A stretch of 63,734 nucleotides of DNA, filler included, from Octopus bimaculoides (GCF_001194135.2; 9 parts of 8 records of this genome joined end to end with filler, not necessarily neighbours in it), one strand, 5' to 3'; shown: positions 1 to 13,150, counted from the first letter of the whole stretch. The notes: generated from the letters alone by a model not told the origin. A program made the numbers and translations.

Positions 1-494
1 GGCAACGATCATGCTTGAATGGTGCTTTCCACGTGTCATTGGCATGGGAGCCAATCCGTGGCCTTAGCAACGATCACGCCCGGATGTACTTGGGTAATGA
101 GTGTATAATGCCAAAAATAGGCTTCGATCCCATTGTGTGTTTACATCTGATGTCTTGATATGAAATGTTGTTGCAAAAAATTAGTACTGGCTATAATTTC
201 TATAGAATACCCACAGAAATAACCTTGGCAAAATAATGTAAAATGCACTGCTAACACAGTAGGACGTGGTGTTGACTTATAAAACCATTTATTATACTTT
301 ATTGTATATTTTGGTTGCATAACAAAATACCATGTATCTACAAATCATTAGAGTTCAGTCGTTAAAAAAAAAATGTCTGATATTTAATGAAAGTCTTCTG
401 TAAAATAATTGTATTTATATGTATATTTTTTGNNNNNNNNNNTTAATGAAAGTCTTCTGTAAAATAATTGTATTTATATGTATATTTTTTGTAG

Positions 495-751
495 GTGGTG
501 CAGTTGGTGGATTAGCAGCATCTGGAATGGCTAAGAATTTTAAACCTGTTTCTCAGATCTTTTATGAAATGTCAGAAGAAAAAAAGGAGTTGTTATGCTC
601 AAAAGTTAAATATGCATTAGTGAATGCGGCTGTTCCGTTCGGTCCTAGTCTCATACATTATGTGCAGTCCCATCCAAGTGTCTCTAATGAACTGATAAAC
701 ATTATGAGAAAATTTGTTACCAGTGTACTTGGTATGAACTTAAAAGCATGA
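495..751 (+). CDS. C19orf12: Terminal coding exon of a C19orf12 (MPAN protein / Drosophila Nazo) homolog
   Basis: Acceptor tttttgtAG at 493-494, then phase-1 exon (G)GAVGGLAASGMAKNFKPVSQIFYEMSEEKKELLCSKVKYALVNAAVPFGPSLIHYVQSHPSVSNELINIMRKFVTSVLGMNLKA, TGA at 749-751. Aligns by eye to the human C19orf12 C-terminal half ([28 protein letters not shown]...LLAMLVNYVTKELRAEI). The ORF-track N-terminus (419-494) is intronic; the upstream exon(s) are outside the window. Confidence 0.88.
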
Positions 752-3153
752 CACATCGATATGTTACAAAATCTTGGTTAATTTTTTTTTGAAGATTTTG
801 AATTTTTTTGTTTTGCTATATGAGCCAGTCCCCTCCATAATTATCATCAGTGAGTACTGTTCATCTATTTTGACCCTCCGCTGTACCTTGCGGGTGTGTC
901 CTGAGACATATCAACCACCAACTCTCTCACGCTCCCTATTTCTATCTTTCTCTCTCAGTCTCTCTTTCTCTCCTTTCTTCTCCAACTGGAATATCCTTGT
1001 ATCCCTTCTCCAGCAAGCTACCTANNNNNNNNNNTCTTCTCCAACTGGAATATCCTTGTATCCCTTCTCCAGCAAGCTACCTATCTCTGTCCCTCTCTCA
1101 TTCTTTTAGCCTTTCATCAACTGATACTAAGCCAGCCCCTTCAATACTACTCTCACCTTCTAGTTGAGGGGTCTTTGTCTGGCAAGTTATATTGTGATCT
1201 CAATGGTGCTGGTGCCACATAAAAAGCACCCAGTACACTCTGTAGAGTGGTTGNNNNNNNNNNNNNNNNNNNNNNNNNNNNNNNNNNNNNNNNNNNNNNN
1301 NNNNNNNNNNNNNNNNNNNNNNNNNNNNNNNNNNNNNNNNNNNNNNNNNNNNNNNNNNNNNNNNNNNNNNNNNNNNNNNNNNNNNNNNNNNNNNNNNNNN
1401 NNNNNNNNNNNNNNNNNNNNNNNNNNNNNNNNNNNNNNNNNNNNNNNNNNNNNNNNNNNNNNNNNNNNNNNNNNNNNNNNNNNNNNNNNNNNNNNNNNNN
1501 NNNNNNNNNNNNNNNNNNNNNNNNNNNNNNNNNNNNNNNNNNNNNNNNNNNNNNNNNNNNNNNNNNNNNNNNNNNNNNNNNNNNNNNNNNNNNNNNNNNN
1601 NNNNNNNNNNNNNNNNNNNNNNNNNNNNNNNNNNNNNNNNNNNNNNNNNNNNNNNNNNNNNNNNNNNNNNNNNNNNNNNNNNNNNNNNNNNNNNNNNNNN
1701 NNNNNNNNNNNNNNNNNNNNNNNNNNNNNNNNNNNNNNNNNNNNNNNNNNNNNNNNNNNNNNNNNNNNNNNNNNNNNNNNNNNNNNNNNNNNNNNNNNNN
1801 NNNNNNNNNNNNNNNNNNNNNNNNNNNNNNNNNNNNNNNNNNNNNNNNNNNNNNNNNNNNNNNNNNNNNNNNNNNNNNNNNNNNNNNNNNNNNNNNNNNN
1901 NNNNNNNNNNNNNNNNNNNNNNNNNNNNNNNNNNNNNNNNNNNNNNNNNNNNNNNNNNNNNNNNNNNNNNNNNNNNNNNNNNNNNNNNNNNNNNNNNNNN
2001 NNNNNNNNNNNNNNNNNNNNNNNNNNNNNNNNTTGAGCGTGACCGTTGTCAGTACCGCCTGACTGGCCTTTGTAGGGTCTTCGAGGATGATGAAATACTT
2101 GTTTAACCGGTTTCGAATATGGAAATTTGGATTTTGTTTCTGTAATTGAATTGATTGGTGTGAAGACAGCTGTCGGCTGGAATTTCTCTGTATGAAATTG
2201 AATGTTTTTAAATAAATAACACCTGTAAATAATTTTTATCCATTTTCTTACTTTTCTCATTCATAAAGTCTTTTTAATTAATTACCTACATGTTTCAGTG
2301 ATAAACTAATATACTTGGTTTTCAAAAAATCCCAGACCAACCTCCTCCGCCCGGATATATCTCCAACAATAACTCTTTGCTAGAGTGGGCCATGGTGCCC
2401 CATATATGATTATAAGACTTCACCATGTGGTGCTATTGAGTTAGACATGGCCTGGGGCTATACTGGCCGAAACCTANNNNNNNNNNNNNNNNNNNNNNNN
2501 NNNNNNNNNNNNNNNNNNNNNNNNNNNNNNNNNNNNNNNNNNNNNNNNNNNNNNNNNNNNNNNNNNNNNNNNNNNNNNNNNNNNNNNNNNNNNNNNNNNN
2601 NNNNNNNNNNNNNNNNNNNNNNNNNNNNNNNNNNNNNNNNNNNNNNNNNNNNNNNNNNNNNNNNNNNNNNNNNNNNNNNNNNNNNNNNNNNNNNNNNNNN
2701 NNNNNNNNNNNNNNNNNNNNNNNNNNNNNNNNNNNNNNNNNNNNNNNNNNNNNNNNNNNNNNNNNNNNNNNNNNNNNNNNNNNNNNNNNNNNNNNNNNNN
2801 NNNNNNNNNNNNNNNNNNNNNNNNNNNNNNNNNNNNNNNNNNNNNNNNNNNNNNNNNNNNNNNNNNNNNNNNNNNNNNNNNNNNNNNNNNNNNNNNNNNN
2901 NNNNNNNNNNNNNNNNNNNNNNNNNNNNNNNNNNNNNNNNNNNNNNNNNNNNNNNNNNNNNNNNNNNNNNNNNNNNNNNNNNNNNNNNNNNNNNNNNNNN
3001 NNNNNNNNNNNNNNNNNNCTGAACCTGGAACCATGTGGTTGGTAAGCAAGCTACTTACCACACAGCTTTGCGAAACATTAACGAATTCCAACATGTCTAT
3101 CATTAATTCTGATATATTCTAAATACACTTTCTATTTGTTGTCTAGTTCCTGT

Positions 3154-3200
3154 GTGGAGGCGCAATGGCCCAGTGGTTAGGGCAGTGGACTCATGGTCAT
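3154..3200 (+). mobile_element. tRNA-like SINE head (rest in gap)
   Basis: gtggaggcgcaatggcccagtggttagggcagtggactc, A-box containing. Confidence 0.55.
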
Positions 3201-3771
3201 ANNNNNNNNNNNNNNNNNNNNNNNNNNNNNNNNNNNNNNNNNNNNNNNNNNNNNNNNNNNNNNNNNNNNNNNNNNNNNNNNNNNNNNNNNNNNNNNNNNN
3301 NNNNNNNNNNNNNNNNNNNNNNNNNNNNNNNNNNNNNNNNNNNNNNNNNNNNNNNNNNNNNNNNNNNNNNNNNNNNNNNNNNATCGGTTCAACTGGAACC
3401 CTCGACGTCGTAAGCGACAGAGTGCCAACAACTAGTTCCTGTAGAAACAGATGATTTTTGACAAACTGGTGCAAGAATTTGGACAAAATCTTCCACACAA
3501 AATGTATTTCCACTCATCTTGCTCCTTTCACACCATCCTTGTGAAAATTATGCCTGAAAATTAATTTTGTATTAAATAAAACTGATATTAGAAAAAAGGA
3601 ATAAAACAGATAAACATTGACCTCCATGGGGCTTCTGGTTTGATCCTTGTGTGTTGCACCATGGGTCAATGTCTCCTAATTGAAGCCGAGGTTGATCAGT
3701 GCCATGTGAGTGAACTTTGGTACACAGAAACTATAGAGAAGCCCATCACATACATGTGTATATATTCTTTT

Positions 3772-4146
3772 ATTCTTTTACTTGTTTCAGTCATTTGACT
3801 GTGNNNNNNNNNNAGTCATTTGACTGTGGCCATGCTGGAGCACCACCTTTATAGTCGAGCAAACCGACCCCAGGACTTATTCTTTCTAAGCTTAGTACTT
3901 ATTCTTTCGGTCGCTTTTGCTGAACCGCTAAGTTACGGGGACGTAAACACACCAGCNNNNNNNNNNNNNNNNNNNNNNNNNNNNNNNNNNNNNNNNNNNN
4001 NNNNNNNNNNNNNNNNNNNNNNNNNNNNNNNNNNNNNNNNNNNNNNNNNNNNNNNNNNNNNNNNNNNNNNNNNNNACATATAGATATATACGATGGGTTT
4101 CTTTCAGTTTCCATCCACCAAATCTACTCACAAGGCTTTGGTTGGC
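3772..4146 (-). mobile_element. SINE family A, 3' and middle part (gapped)
   Basis: Reverse complement of the family A 3' half (gtttcagtcatttgactgtggccatgctggagcacc...). Confidence 0.8.
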
Positions 4147-4168
4147 CATAACATGATAGAACTTAGAA

Positions 4169-4545
4169 TGGCGCAGGAGTGGTTGTGTGGTACGAAGATT
4201 GCTTCCCAACCACATGGTTCTGGGATCAGTCCCACTGCGTGGCACCTTGCGCAAGTCTTCTACTATAGACTCGGGCTGACCAAAGCCTTGTGAGAGGATT
4301 TGGAAACTGAGAGAAGCCCATCAAGTATATATGTGGGTGTGTGTGTGTGTGTGTGCATGTGTGTGTGTGTGTGTGAGTTTCTCCTCTCCTACCATCGCTT
4401 GACAACCGGTGTTGGTGTGTTTCTGTCCCTGTAACTTACTGATAGAATAAGTACCAGGCTTATGAAGAATAAGTCTTGTGGTCAATTTCTTTGACTAAAG
4501 GTGGTGCTCCAGCATGGCCGCAGTCAGATGACTGAAACAAACAAA
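4169..4545 (+). mobile_element. SINE family A, full length
   Basis: Colinear with 24031-24420. Confidence 0.85.
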
Positions 4546-4624
4546 GAAAAAACAAACAAACAGAAAAAGTATTTTTAATTCCCTTTCATTTTTGATATCA
4601 TAGGTGTTTGCTATGCCTTGTGGC

Positions 4625-4724
4625 NNNNNNNNNNNNNNNNNNNNNNNNNNNNNNNNNNNNNNNNNNNNTTAATTAATTAANNNNNNNNNNNNNNNNNNNN
4701 NNNNNNNNNNNNNNNNNNNNNNNN
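4625..4724. other. Artificial scaffold linker N44-TTAATTAATTAA-N44
   Basis: Identical 100-nt block also at 16723-16822, 25210-25309, 28648-28747, 37423-37522, 41111-41210, 60336-60435 and 62331-62430. Palindromic, with stops in six frames. Confidence 0.97.
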
Positions 4725-5929
4725 ATATATATATATATATATATATATACATCTATATGTGTATAAATGTAAAATAACTGATTGAGAAACGTGTGTTTAT
4801 ATAGCATGAAAACATTTATTAGTAAATTATACAAACTTAATTATAAATATGATTAAGCAGAACGAAAGATCGACCTCCCCATTCTTGGATTTCTTTAGCA
4901 TCATTTCCTTATTTTCCTTATTAAAATTTATTAGTTTCTATCTAAAGTCTCTTTTCAGCGTTAGCTTGCATCGAGTGCAGACGATGTCTCTTTTCAACTC
5001 CTTTTGACTAATTTGATAATATGGTCATGGTAAACTAGGGCTGGAAAATTTTGTTCAGCTTCCAGTAACAAAGTCCCTGTCATCTCAATCCCTGTCATCT
5101 CAGTAACCAAGTCCCTGTCATCTCGACTCATCTCAGTCGACTGTACACATCACAAATTTGTGGCCTGTGTAGCCAACAACATCAAATAGTGAGCACCCTA
5201 CGATAACCTTTTGTATTTGCTTATAGAATACTTTCTGTAGATACAATCTAGATGAACCGATGATGCTTGCCCATGTCTTTATTGGGGGATTTTGGAAACC
5301 TAGTGGAATCTAGTCCGTCAGTAAGGAAAGACTGGGCAGGTTTGCAAAGATTTTGACACCCTATTCGCATGAGCTTGCCCTCAACAATCCAGATATGCGG
5401 CCAAAATGTCCCCAAGATCAGCCCTTTTAGCACACCCTAGTATATGCGGCAAGGTAGCTGAAGCGTTCGAAAGCTGTGCAAAATGCTTAGTGGCATTTCG
5501 TCCGGTTCTATGTTCTGCGTTCAAATCCCTTCGTAGTTGACTTCGCTTTGCTTCCCTTCGAGGTCTCTAATTTTGTGGTACCTTTAATCTGCTTCTTGCT
5601 AAAGACCTCAACCGCTGTTTTAATGTCTTCCTTTTGTGCGATAAAACACAATCGTCTTTTGGTTTGTATTCGTTATAAGCAGAATAATTGGGGTGGAATA
5701 TGTATTTTGTGGAGGATGTTGTGTTTTTGCGAGTTTTTCTACTGGAGGGACACCGATCTGTATTTTATTGTTGATGTCGTTGCTGTTGCAGTTGCTGTTA
5801 CCTCTGCTGCTGCAGTTGCTGTCGCTGTTGAGGTTGTTTTTAAATTTTTATTGCTGGTATTTTTATGGTTGTTCTCGGGCAGATTCTCTCCCATGTGACA
5901 TGTAATGTTACAGCAACTCCTCCTCGTTG

Positions 5930-5982
5930 TTCTCTCCCCTCCACCCCTCCATCACCGCCTCCGCTTACTCCTCCTGCTGCTG

Positions 5983-6043
<61 letters not shown>

Positions 6044-6138
6044 TGCCACTACTATCGGTGATTCTACCACCACCACCGCCGCTGCTATTACTGTCGCTGA
6101 TTCTACCACCACCACCACCACTGCTGTTGCTGCTGCTG

Positions 6139-6198
<60 letters not shown>

Positions 6199-6283
6199 TA
6201 AAATTACTTTGAACTAATAANNNNNNNNNNNNNNNNNNNNNNNNNNNNNNNCACCACCACCACCACTGCTGTTGCTGCTGCTG

Positions 6284-6343
<60 letters not shown>

Positions 6344-6345
6344 TA
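5930..6345. repeat. (CTA)n/(CAC)n/(CTG)n compound microsatellite
   Basis: Direct reading. The block at 6252-6364 repeats 6111-6220 across a gap. Confidence 0.95.
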
Positions 6346-6777
6346 AAATTACTTTGAACTAATAATTGCACCAGCAATTTTTTATGTAGGCAAACGATCA
6401 GAAAATTTGAAGGCGGATACAGTCTATTAATAAGACGAAAGCATTCGCGCTCGATGTAAAATAACTTGTTTCACTTATGTAAATTTCTTACAGCGTAATT
6501 CACCGATGTTTCAACGATATAAAATACATTGCCAGGTTTTAGCAAGTTAACATTTCCTTTGATACCTCGTCTTAGTTCATTTAAGTGATGAAGGACAACA
6601 ATAAAGATACGCTAAACTATGTCTCCCTCTTTCTGCATCATTGAACATAGAAAAATATTTTGGAAACATATTGGGACAAGAAAAATGTCAATAAAGCAAA
6701 ATTCAGTAAGATATATATACGCTTCTCATTCAGATATAACATGTATATGCGGATATATATGTTACACAGATATATCT

Positions 6778-6988
6778 TTTCTACTCTAGGCACAAGGCCC
6801 GAAATTTTGGGGGAGGGTCCAGTCGATTAGATGGACCCCAGTACGCAACTGGTACTTAATTTATCGACCCTGAAAGGATGAAAAGCAAAGTCGACGTCAG
6901 CAGGGTTTGAACTCAGAACGTAAAGACAGACGAAATACCACTAGGTATTTCGCCCGGCGTACAAACGTGTCTGTCGGCTCGCCGCCTT
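6778..6988 (-). mobile_element. tRNA-derived SINE family B
   Basis: Reverse complement of ggcggcgagc..cgccgggcgaaatacc..ttctgagttcaaa..gtcgac tttgcttttcatcctttcagggtcgataaattaagtaccag..ggggtccatctaatcgac..gggccttgtgcctagagtag. Confidence 0.85.
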
Positions 6989-7149
6989 GTGTTACACGGA
7001 TATATGTTATAACCATATAGCATATATAAACATGTGTAGACACTAACACACTCACATACATACGTACCTATATGAGGGGAGTGGTAATGAAAAGTTCTTG
7101 TCATTGAGTAAAAGAAAATTCAGGAGGATCAGTTAATTATGAATTTATT

Positions 7150-7336
7150 CAGCTCACGGGCTCACACACTTATTGTAGCGGTCCTTCAGTTTTTTCTCAG
7201 CCCTGTAAAAGAAATCGGTAGATTGGACTTCTGTAGAAGAGCGTAGGCTCGAAACATTAAAGACATTTCCAATTCCCGAGCCTTATACTAATACATCTGT
7301 TTGTTTTCTACACCACCTGTCTTCGTCTTTTATTTG
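7150..7336 (+). mobile_element. Penelope-like terminal fragment
   Basis: ctgtagaa-gagc-gtag-gctc-gaaac (7231-7255) is a decayed hammerhead core. A related motif occurs on the minus strand at 56552-56577, and a shared tail (ctacaccacctgtc) recurs near 45615. Confidence 0.5.
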
Positions 7337-7383
7337 TTTTTTTTTGTATTCTCCCTNNNNNNNNNNNNNNNNNNNNNNNNNNN

Positions 7384-7417
<34 letters not shown>

Positions 7418-8964
7418 TATGTCTATTGTGTAGAAATTTGTGTAGGACTGATACTGTTGAGTTTAGAACCTCACGTAGATTATCCTCATCTGGCCATCTT
7501 CTGCTGTCGTGGTCCTAATGCACTAAGCAGTTTTACTATTTATGATATACAGTGCAAATGTAGGAGAAAAAATGTATGTAACTCTTTGTAACACAATGCA
7601 ATAAAGTGTTTCCCAATGATCAGTTGCCGTTTCGGATCCCATTGCACTCCTTGCAACATCCAAAGCAAGAGTTCCAACCAACCACAATAGTGAACCCTGC
7701 TTAGGAACAAATGATAGTTCATTGTATTTAATTATGGAGAATATTTCTCGCTGTAGACAGATAGGTGTAAACACACGAGGTCAGTTCGCAGTTTTCCCTA
7801 TCCAAACTGATGGATGCATGTATTTCGGGGCTCTTCAGCATCACAAACCAGAAATCAGATGCTAGAAAACTGACATGATACGCAAAATCTCTCTAATTAT
7901 ATTAATCGTATCATAACCGGTTGCACTAGTCGACAGCACACCGCAAATAAAACACAGAGTGAAAGCACTAAGCAGAGATGTGCATAAATACAAATTTGTT
8001 ACTACTTCATATACTTTGTGGAGACTGTACGAGTAAATCGACCATTTCTTCTACCCAATTTGGTGGATATGTTGGGATTTATTAGCTTTAATATGAAAGT
8101 GAGCAATGAATGTCAGAATCTGTAGAGTGGGTTGCTACGTTTAACTTATAATACCTCATGACCTGCTTTCGTACCAGATCATCACTTCCTTGATTTTTTA
8201 CTTATCCAGTTGGTTACAATATGTAGAAGCGACATATTGATATTTGATGTAATCGGCTATTCTCTTCACATAAATACTTAGTCTTGTACCCATGCAAAAA
8301 ATCAGCGCAATTAAACAGAATGCCTGCTGTCACTGCCTCCACAGAATGCTTGATTTCATGTTATCTCCCTTCGCATTGTGTGTTCCAATCATGAATCGAT
8401 TGCTGAAATCAATATATTGTCTATACGCCTTCCATAAAGGGAGTATCTTTATCGCTTTATTGTTGTTGGTTTTTCTACTGAAATAGTGTTTTACAGCTTC
8501 TCCTGGCAAAGAAATATTAGCTTTCTGAAGCATACTTAAGAATTGTTAATGTAATAACAAAGACGCGAACCTAATATCATATATCTTTCTTATTTAACGT
8601 TGGAGTCATTATTTCTAATTTTACGACAGAAATAGATTCATATTTCTGTATAATTGCAGAGATAATTCGTGTGGGGTTGTTAGCGAGAAGAAAATGAGCG
8701 TAAGTAATTACCAATTAGTCATATTTACCAAGTAACTAGCGGGTTCAATACTGATATAAATTTGTCGAAAATTGCGCTATACTCTGCCCATGTGTTCTAA
8801 ATTCACAGCGAGACTAATTTCATGTGTGAGTGACTGATTTTGTATCAATATTGATAAATAACCAATGCTGTAATTTGGTAGAATCATGAACTGCATTCGC
8901 CATACGAAAGAGCTAGTTGAAGAAAATACAGACAAACTCTCTTCAAACCACAAACAAGTATTAA

Positions 8965-9234
8965 ACGATGAAGTAGTTGTATGCTGTCAACTTAATGTGA
9001 CAGTCCCATGAAGGGAATAATACTACTGTTGTTTAGACCTAGGAAGGTGCACCGCTTCCTGTCGGCCTTGACACATTTCCTGTGTCCTTATGTTTACAAG
9101 GGGGAGACAAGCACCTCCACCCATGTGTCAAAGCCGACAGGAAACGGTGCAGCTTCCTAGGTCTAACCAAAAGTAGTATTATTCCCTTCATGGGACTATC
9201 ACATTAAGTTGACAGCATACAACTACTTCATCGT
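8965..9234. mobile_element. Foldback MITE with 112-bp inverted arms
   Basis: 8965-9076 vs reverse complement of 9123-9234 shows 6 mismatches in 112 nt, with a 46-nt spacer. TA follows catcg at the right end. Confidence 0.85.
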
Positions 9235-11380
9235 ATCACTACTGCATACATCTCTCCGGGGAGTCTTAAACGATAGGAAATATTTGACAACAAAGATTTA
9301 CATACACATTATTTTAGAACCGATAGAATGGGTATTACAATAAAAGCCTCGTTGCTAGGTCCGTTCAGTGTGGGCAAGCTGGGGGCTAAGGTCCACAGCA
9401 TTGATATTATTCTAAGCCACAATATTAAGGTAAAAAGAGAAAGACGTATTGCGGTTATCTGATTCATGACTACGGCAAATAACAATCACAACCTTGATAA
9501 AATGGGGGGAAAAATTGAAAAGTTTATGAAATAACATGAATAATGTAGATAATTGATTCCGAATAAGCCCAAAAGGAGCAATATTCAGGAGAGGGACATA
9601 GTCAAATCTATCGGCCATAGTAATTTTACTGGTGTCTTATTCTTTTATTGAGTCCCAAAGAATGAATGTTGGTCTCGGCTGGAAAAGCAAACCATTTTGT
9701 TTTGTCTGATGATCTCATAATTCTGCCATTTCACTGTCTTACAACGACGCTGAAAATCGTCCAAGTCCAACCAGCATTGAAAACGGACACGTTAAACGAT
9801 GATGATGTACCAAAATATTTGAACCCAATATCAAGATTTTGTATACTGAAATTTTGAGAAACTTCATGATTTTGAAAGTACAATCGAATGTAATTTTCAA
9901 ATGGAATTCGTCGACAGTATATATTGGAATTCGTCGACACTTCATCAACAGTTACGCATTTACAACTTCAGTTAATATCTCAGTTCCTCTTGAATACTAT
10001 ATCTACTACTGGCATTGGTGTATTATTATACTATGCTACACATTGAACTGTTTCGTATTTCTCACTAAAAATAGTTTTTGCTTTAATGATCTGATATAAA
10101 GCAATTACATTTTAAGGAATATATTTTCAATAACCAGATTCTGAAAAAATCTAATCCTAGTGTTCATTCTGGTATCAATAATCTAAAGGTGGGTAAATTG
10201 GCAAAACCAAACTGGAGATTTGTTTACAGAGACAATACGGCCCACGCACTAGAGCGTCAGATGTGCGCAGTCCCAGTGAAGCAAAATAATGTGCTGAGTT
10301 GCAAGACTTAATGTTTTATTTGAAATAGTGTTAGATGGTTTCCTGGGTTACTCATTAAATTGCGAAAATATGGCAGTATTTCTCTTCGACCAGGCAATAT
10401 TCTTTACCTGTATGACGGCAGTTATTGAATTTAGCTATTTCAGATAGCTAAAAACAATGTTTGGTTCATTTACAAAATTGGCAAAAAAGTTGATAGGCAC
10501 ACATGAATGACGCTGTTGATTTTCTTCTCTAAATGTAATCTAGTCGAATCTCTTACTTTGAACTCTAACTTGTCTTCTAATTTCAATAGTATTTGTCTTC
10601 AGTTTATACGATTCCTTCACCGCCTTCACTAAATTACAGTATTTGATTTATTCGTCTTCTTTCTCGATTCTTTTGTTCCTTTTTGTGATTTCTTTCATCT
10701 TGTTTCAATTATTCTTATGTTTTTTTGCCTCAAGCATTACATCTGTATACTCTTCTGTTTCATTTAGTATTATAACAACTTTCCTCAGCTCACAGCGTGT
10801 ATTGATTTTATTCAATAATATTCGTCTTCTTTCTGCAGTTCGAAGTCATGCAGTGGGTTTTAACCAGGGAATTATTCGTCGTTTTCACTTTTAAACTTAC
10901 AAAAAATCATGTTGTGCATTTAGGAGGAGCAATTTACTGGGATCCGTGTTTGGGTTACTTATCTTCAAGACATTAGGTGTGTATATAAATATGTACACGT
11001 GAACGTTTGTTTATGTACTGATATGTGTGACTGTTCAAGTTGTATACATAACTGTTACTCTGTCAAAGTAACAGTCATGTATACAACTTTTGTCAGTGAA
11101 CAGGTCCCGGTTTCAAAGTGACGAAAATGTTTTGGAAGATTTAATTTAAAAGTTGAAGAGAATCTAACAGTTTTTGTATGTTTTTAAATGGCTTATAAAC
11201 ATCTTCCACGCTGTAATTGGTTGTATGTTTATATATATATATATATACAATAGTGTATGTATTTATACACAAAGGAGGGGACCTTTAACAGGATACCTCT
11301 TTTGTGTATAGATACGTACACTATTTTATATGAAAAATATGCTGTCTATTGACTTTATTACGCACGCTAGCCACGATAGA

Positions 11381-11458
<78 letters not shown>

Positions 11459-12096
11459 GACAGGCTTCTNNNNNNNNNNNNNNNNNNNNNNNNNNNNNNN
11501 NNNNNNNNNNNNNNNNNNNNNNNNNNNNNNNNNNNNNNNNNNNNNNNNNNNNNNNNNNNNNNNNNNNNNNNNNNNNNNNNNNNNNNNNNNNNNNNNNNNN
11601 NNNNNNNNNNNNNNNNNNNNNNNNNNNNNNNNNNNNNNNNNNNNNNNNNNNNNNNNNNNNNNNNNNNNNNNNNNNNNNNNNNNNNNNNNNNNNNNNNNNN
11701 NNNNNNNNNNNNNNNNNNNNNNNNNNNNNNNNNNNNNNNNNNNNNNNNNNNNNNNNNNNNNNNNNNNNNNNNNNNNNNNNATATATATATATATATATAT
11801 ATAATGCATATTATACATAAATGCATTATTATATATTATTATAATATATATTATATTATTATTATAATTATATATATATTAAAACTGGAATTGAAATAAT
11901 AAATTCATGAAAATATTGAAGACTCACCTGTACATCCACTGAACCAATTTGATATAATAATATACACAACAAAGCAGAATTAATTATCTTAATTCATCTG
12001 GCGGGAAGATCGGGGAACAGTAATGGCCAAAGTGGTGCCAGGTAGACTGAACGTAAAGTTAATAACTTTTTCTCTGACTTAGTCACTTACTCACAT

Positions 12097-12155
<59 letters not shown>

Positions 12156-12224
12156 GTCTGTCTAGTTGTCTATCAGTCTGTCTGTCTGTTTGACTGTCTG
12201 TCTGTCTGCCTGCCTGCCTGCCTG

Positions 12225-12272
<48 letters not shown>

Positions 12273-13150
12273 ATATATATATANNNNNNNNNNNNNNNNN
12301 NNNNNNNNNNNNNNNNNNNNNNNNNNNNNNNNNNNNNNNNNNNNNNNNNNNNNNNNNNNNNNNNNNNNNNNNNNNNNNNNNNNNNNNNNNNNNNNNNNNN
12401 NNNNNNNNNNNNNNNNNNNNNNNNNNNNNNNNNNNNNNNNNNNNNNNNNNNNNNNNNNNNNNNNNNNNNNNNNNNNNNNNNNNNNNNNNNNNNNNNNNNN
12501 NNNNNNNNNNNNNNNNNNNNNNNNNNNNNNNNNNNNNNNNNNNNNNNNNNNNNNNNNNNNNNNNNNNNNNNNNNNNNNNNNNNNNNNNNNNNNNNNNNNN
12601 NNNNNNNNNNNNNNNNNNNNNNNNNNNNNNNNNNNNNNNNNNNNNNNNNNNNNNNNNNNNNNNNNNNNNNNNNNNNNNNNNNNNNNNNNNNNNNNNNNNN
12701 NNNNNNNNNNNNNNNNNNNNNNNNNNNNNNNNNNNNNNNNNNNNNNNNNNNNNNNNNNNNNNNNNNNNNNNNNNNNNNNNNNNNNNNNNNNNNNNNNNNN
12801 NNNNNNNNNNNNNNNNNNNNNNNNNNNNNNNNNNNNNNNNNNNNNNNNNNNNNNNNNNNNNNNNNNNNNNNNNNNNNNNNNNNNNNNNNNNNNNNNNNNN
12901 NNNNNNNNNNNNNNNNNNNNNNNNNNNNNNNNNNNNNNNNNNNNNNNNNNNNNNNNNNNNNNNNNNNNNNNNNNNNNNNNNNNNNNNNNNNNNNNNNNNN
13001 NNNNNNNNCTGCAGAGATATTTTCCGGATTCAGCGCGCCAAAACTAAGACTTTTGAATTTTAATCTTTATAATGGATAGAATCACGTGCACGTTTTCACT
13101 GGTTGAAGACAACTAGCACGAGATTCTGTTCGATTGTAAGAATATCGGCA

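Noticed and set aside
384-491. 49-bp direct repeat around N10 (also 976-1083, 3787-3829, 6111-6364)
   Set aside because: The identical sequence directly flanks short fixed-size gaps, indicating unmerged contig overlaps (assembly artefact).
1164-3513. Long ORFs in the track (e.g. 290, 357, 271 aa) and similar ones at 12166, 43464 and 46207
   Set aside because: They are open only because they run through N gaps.
4669-4680. TTAATTAATTAA as a recurring regulatory or homeodomain motif
   Set aside because: It is always centred in N44 flanks, so it is a synthetic linker.
5063-5135. CRISPR-like array
   Set aside because: Eukaryotic context, no regular unique spacers and no cas genes.
7523-8533. 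Protein-like short ORFs (GSLLWLVGTLALDVARSAMG..; EIKHSVEAVTAG..)
   Set aside because: Weak splice sites, stops in neighbouring frames and no family recognised.
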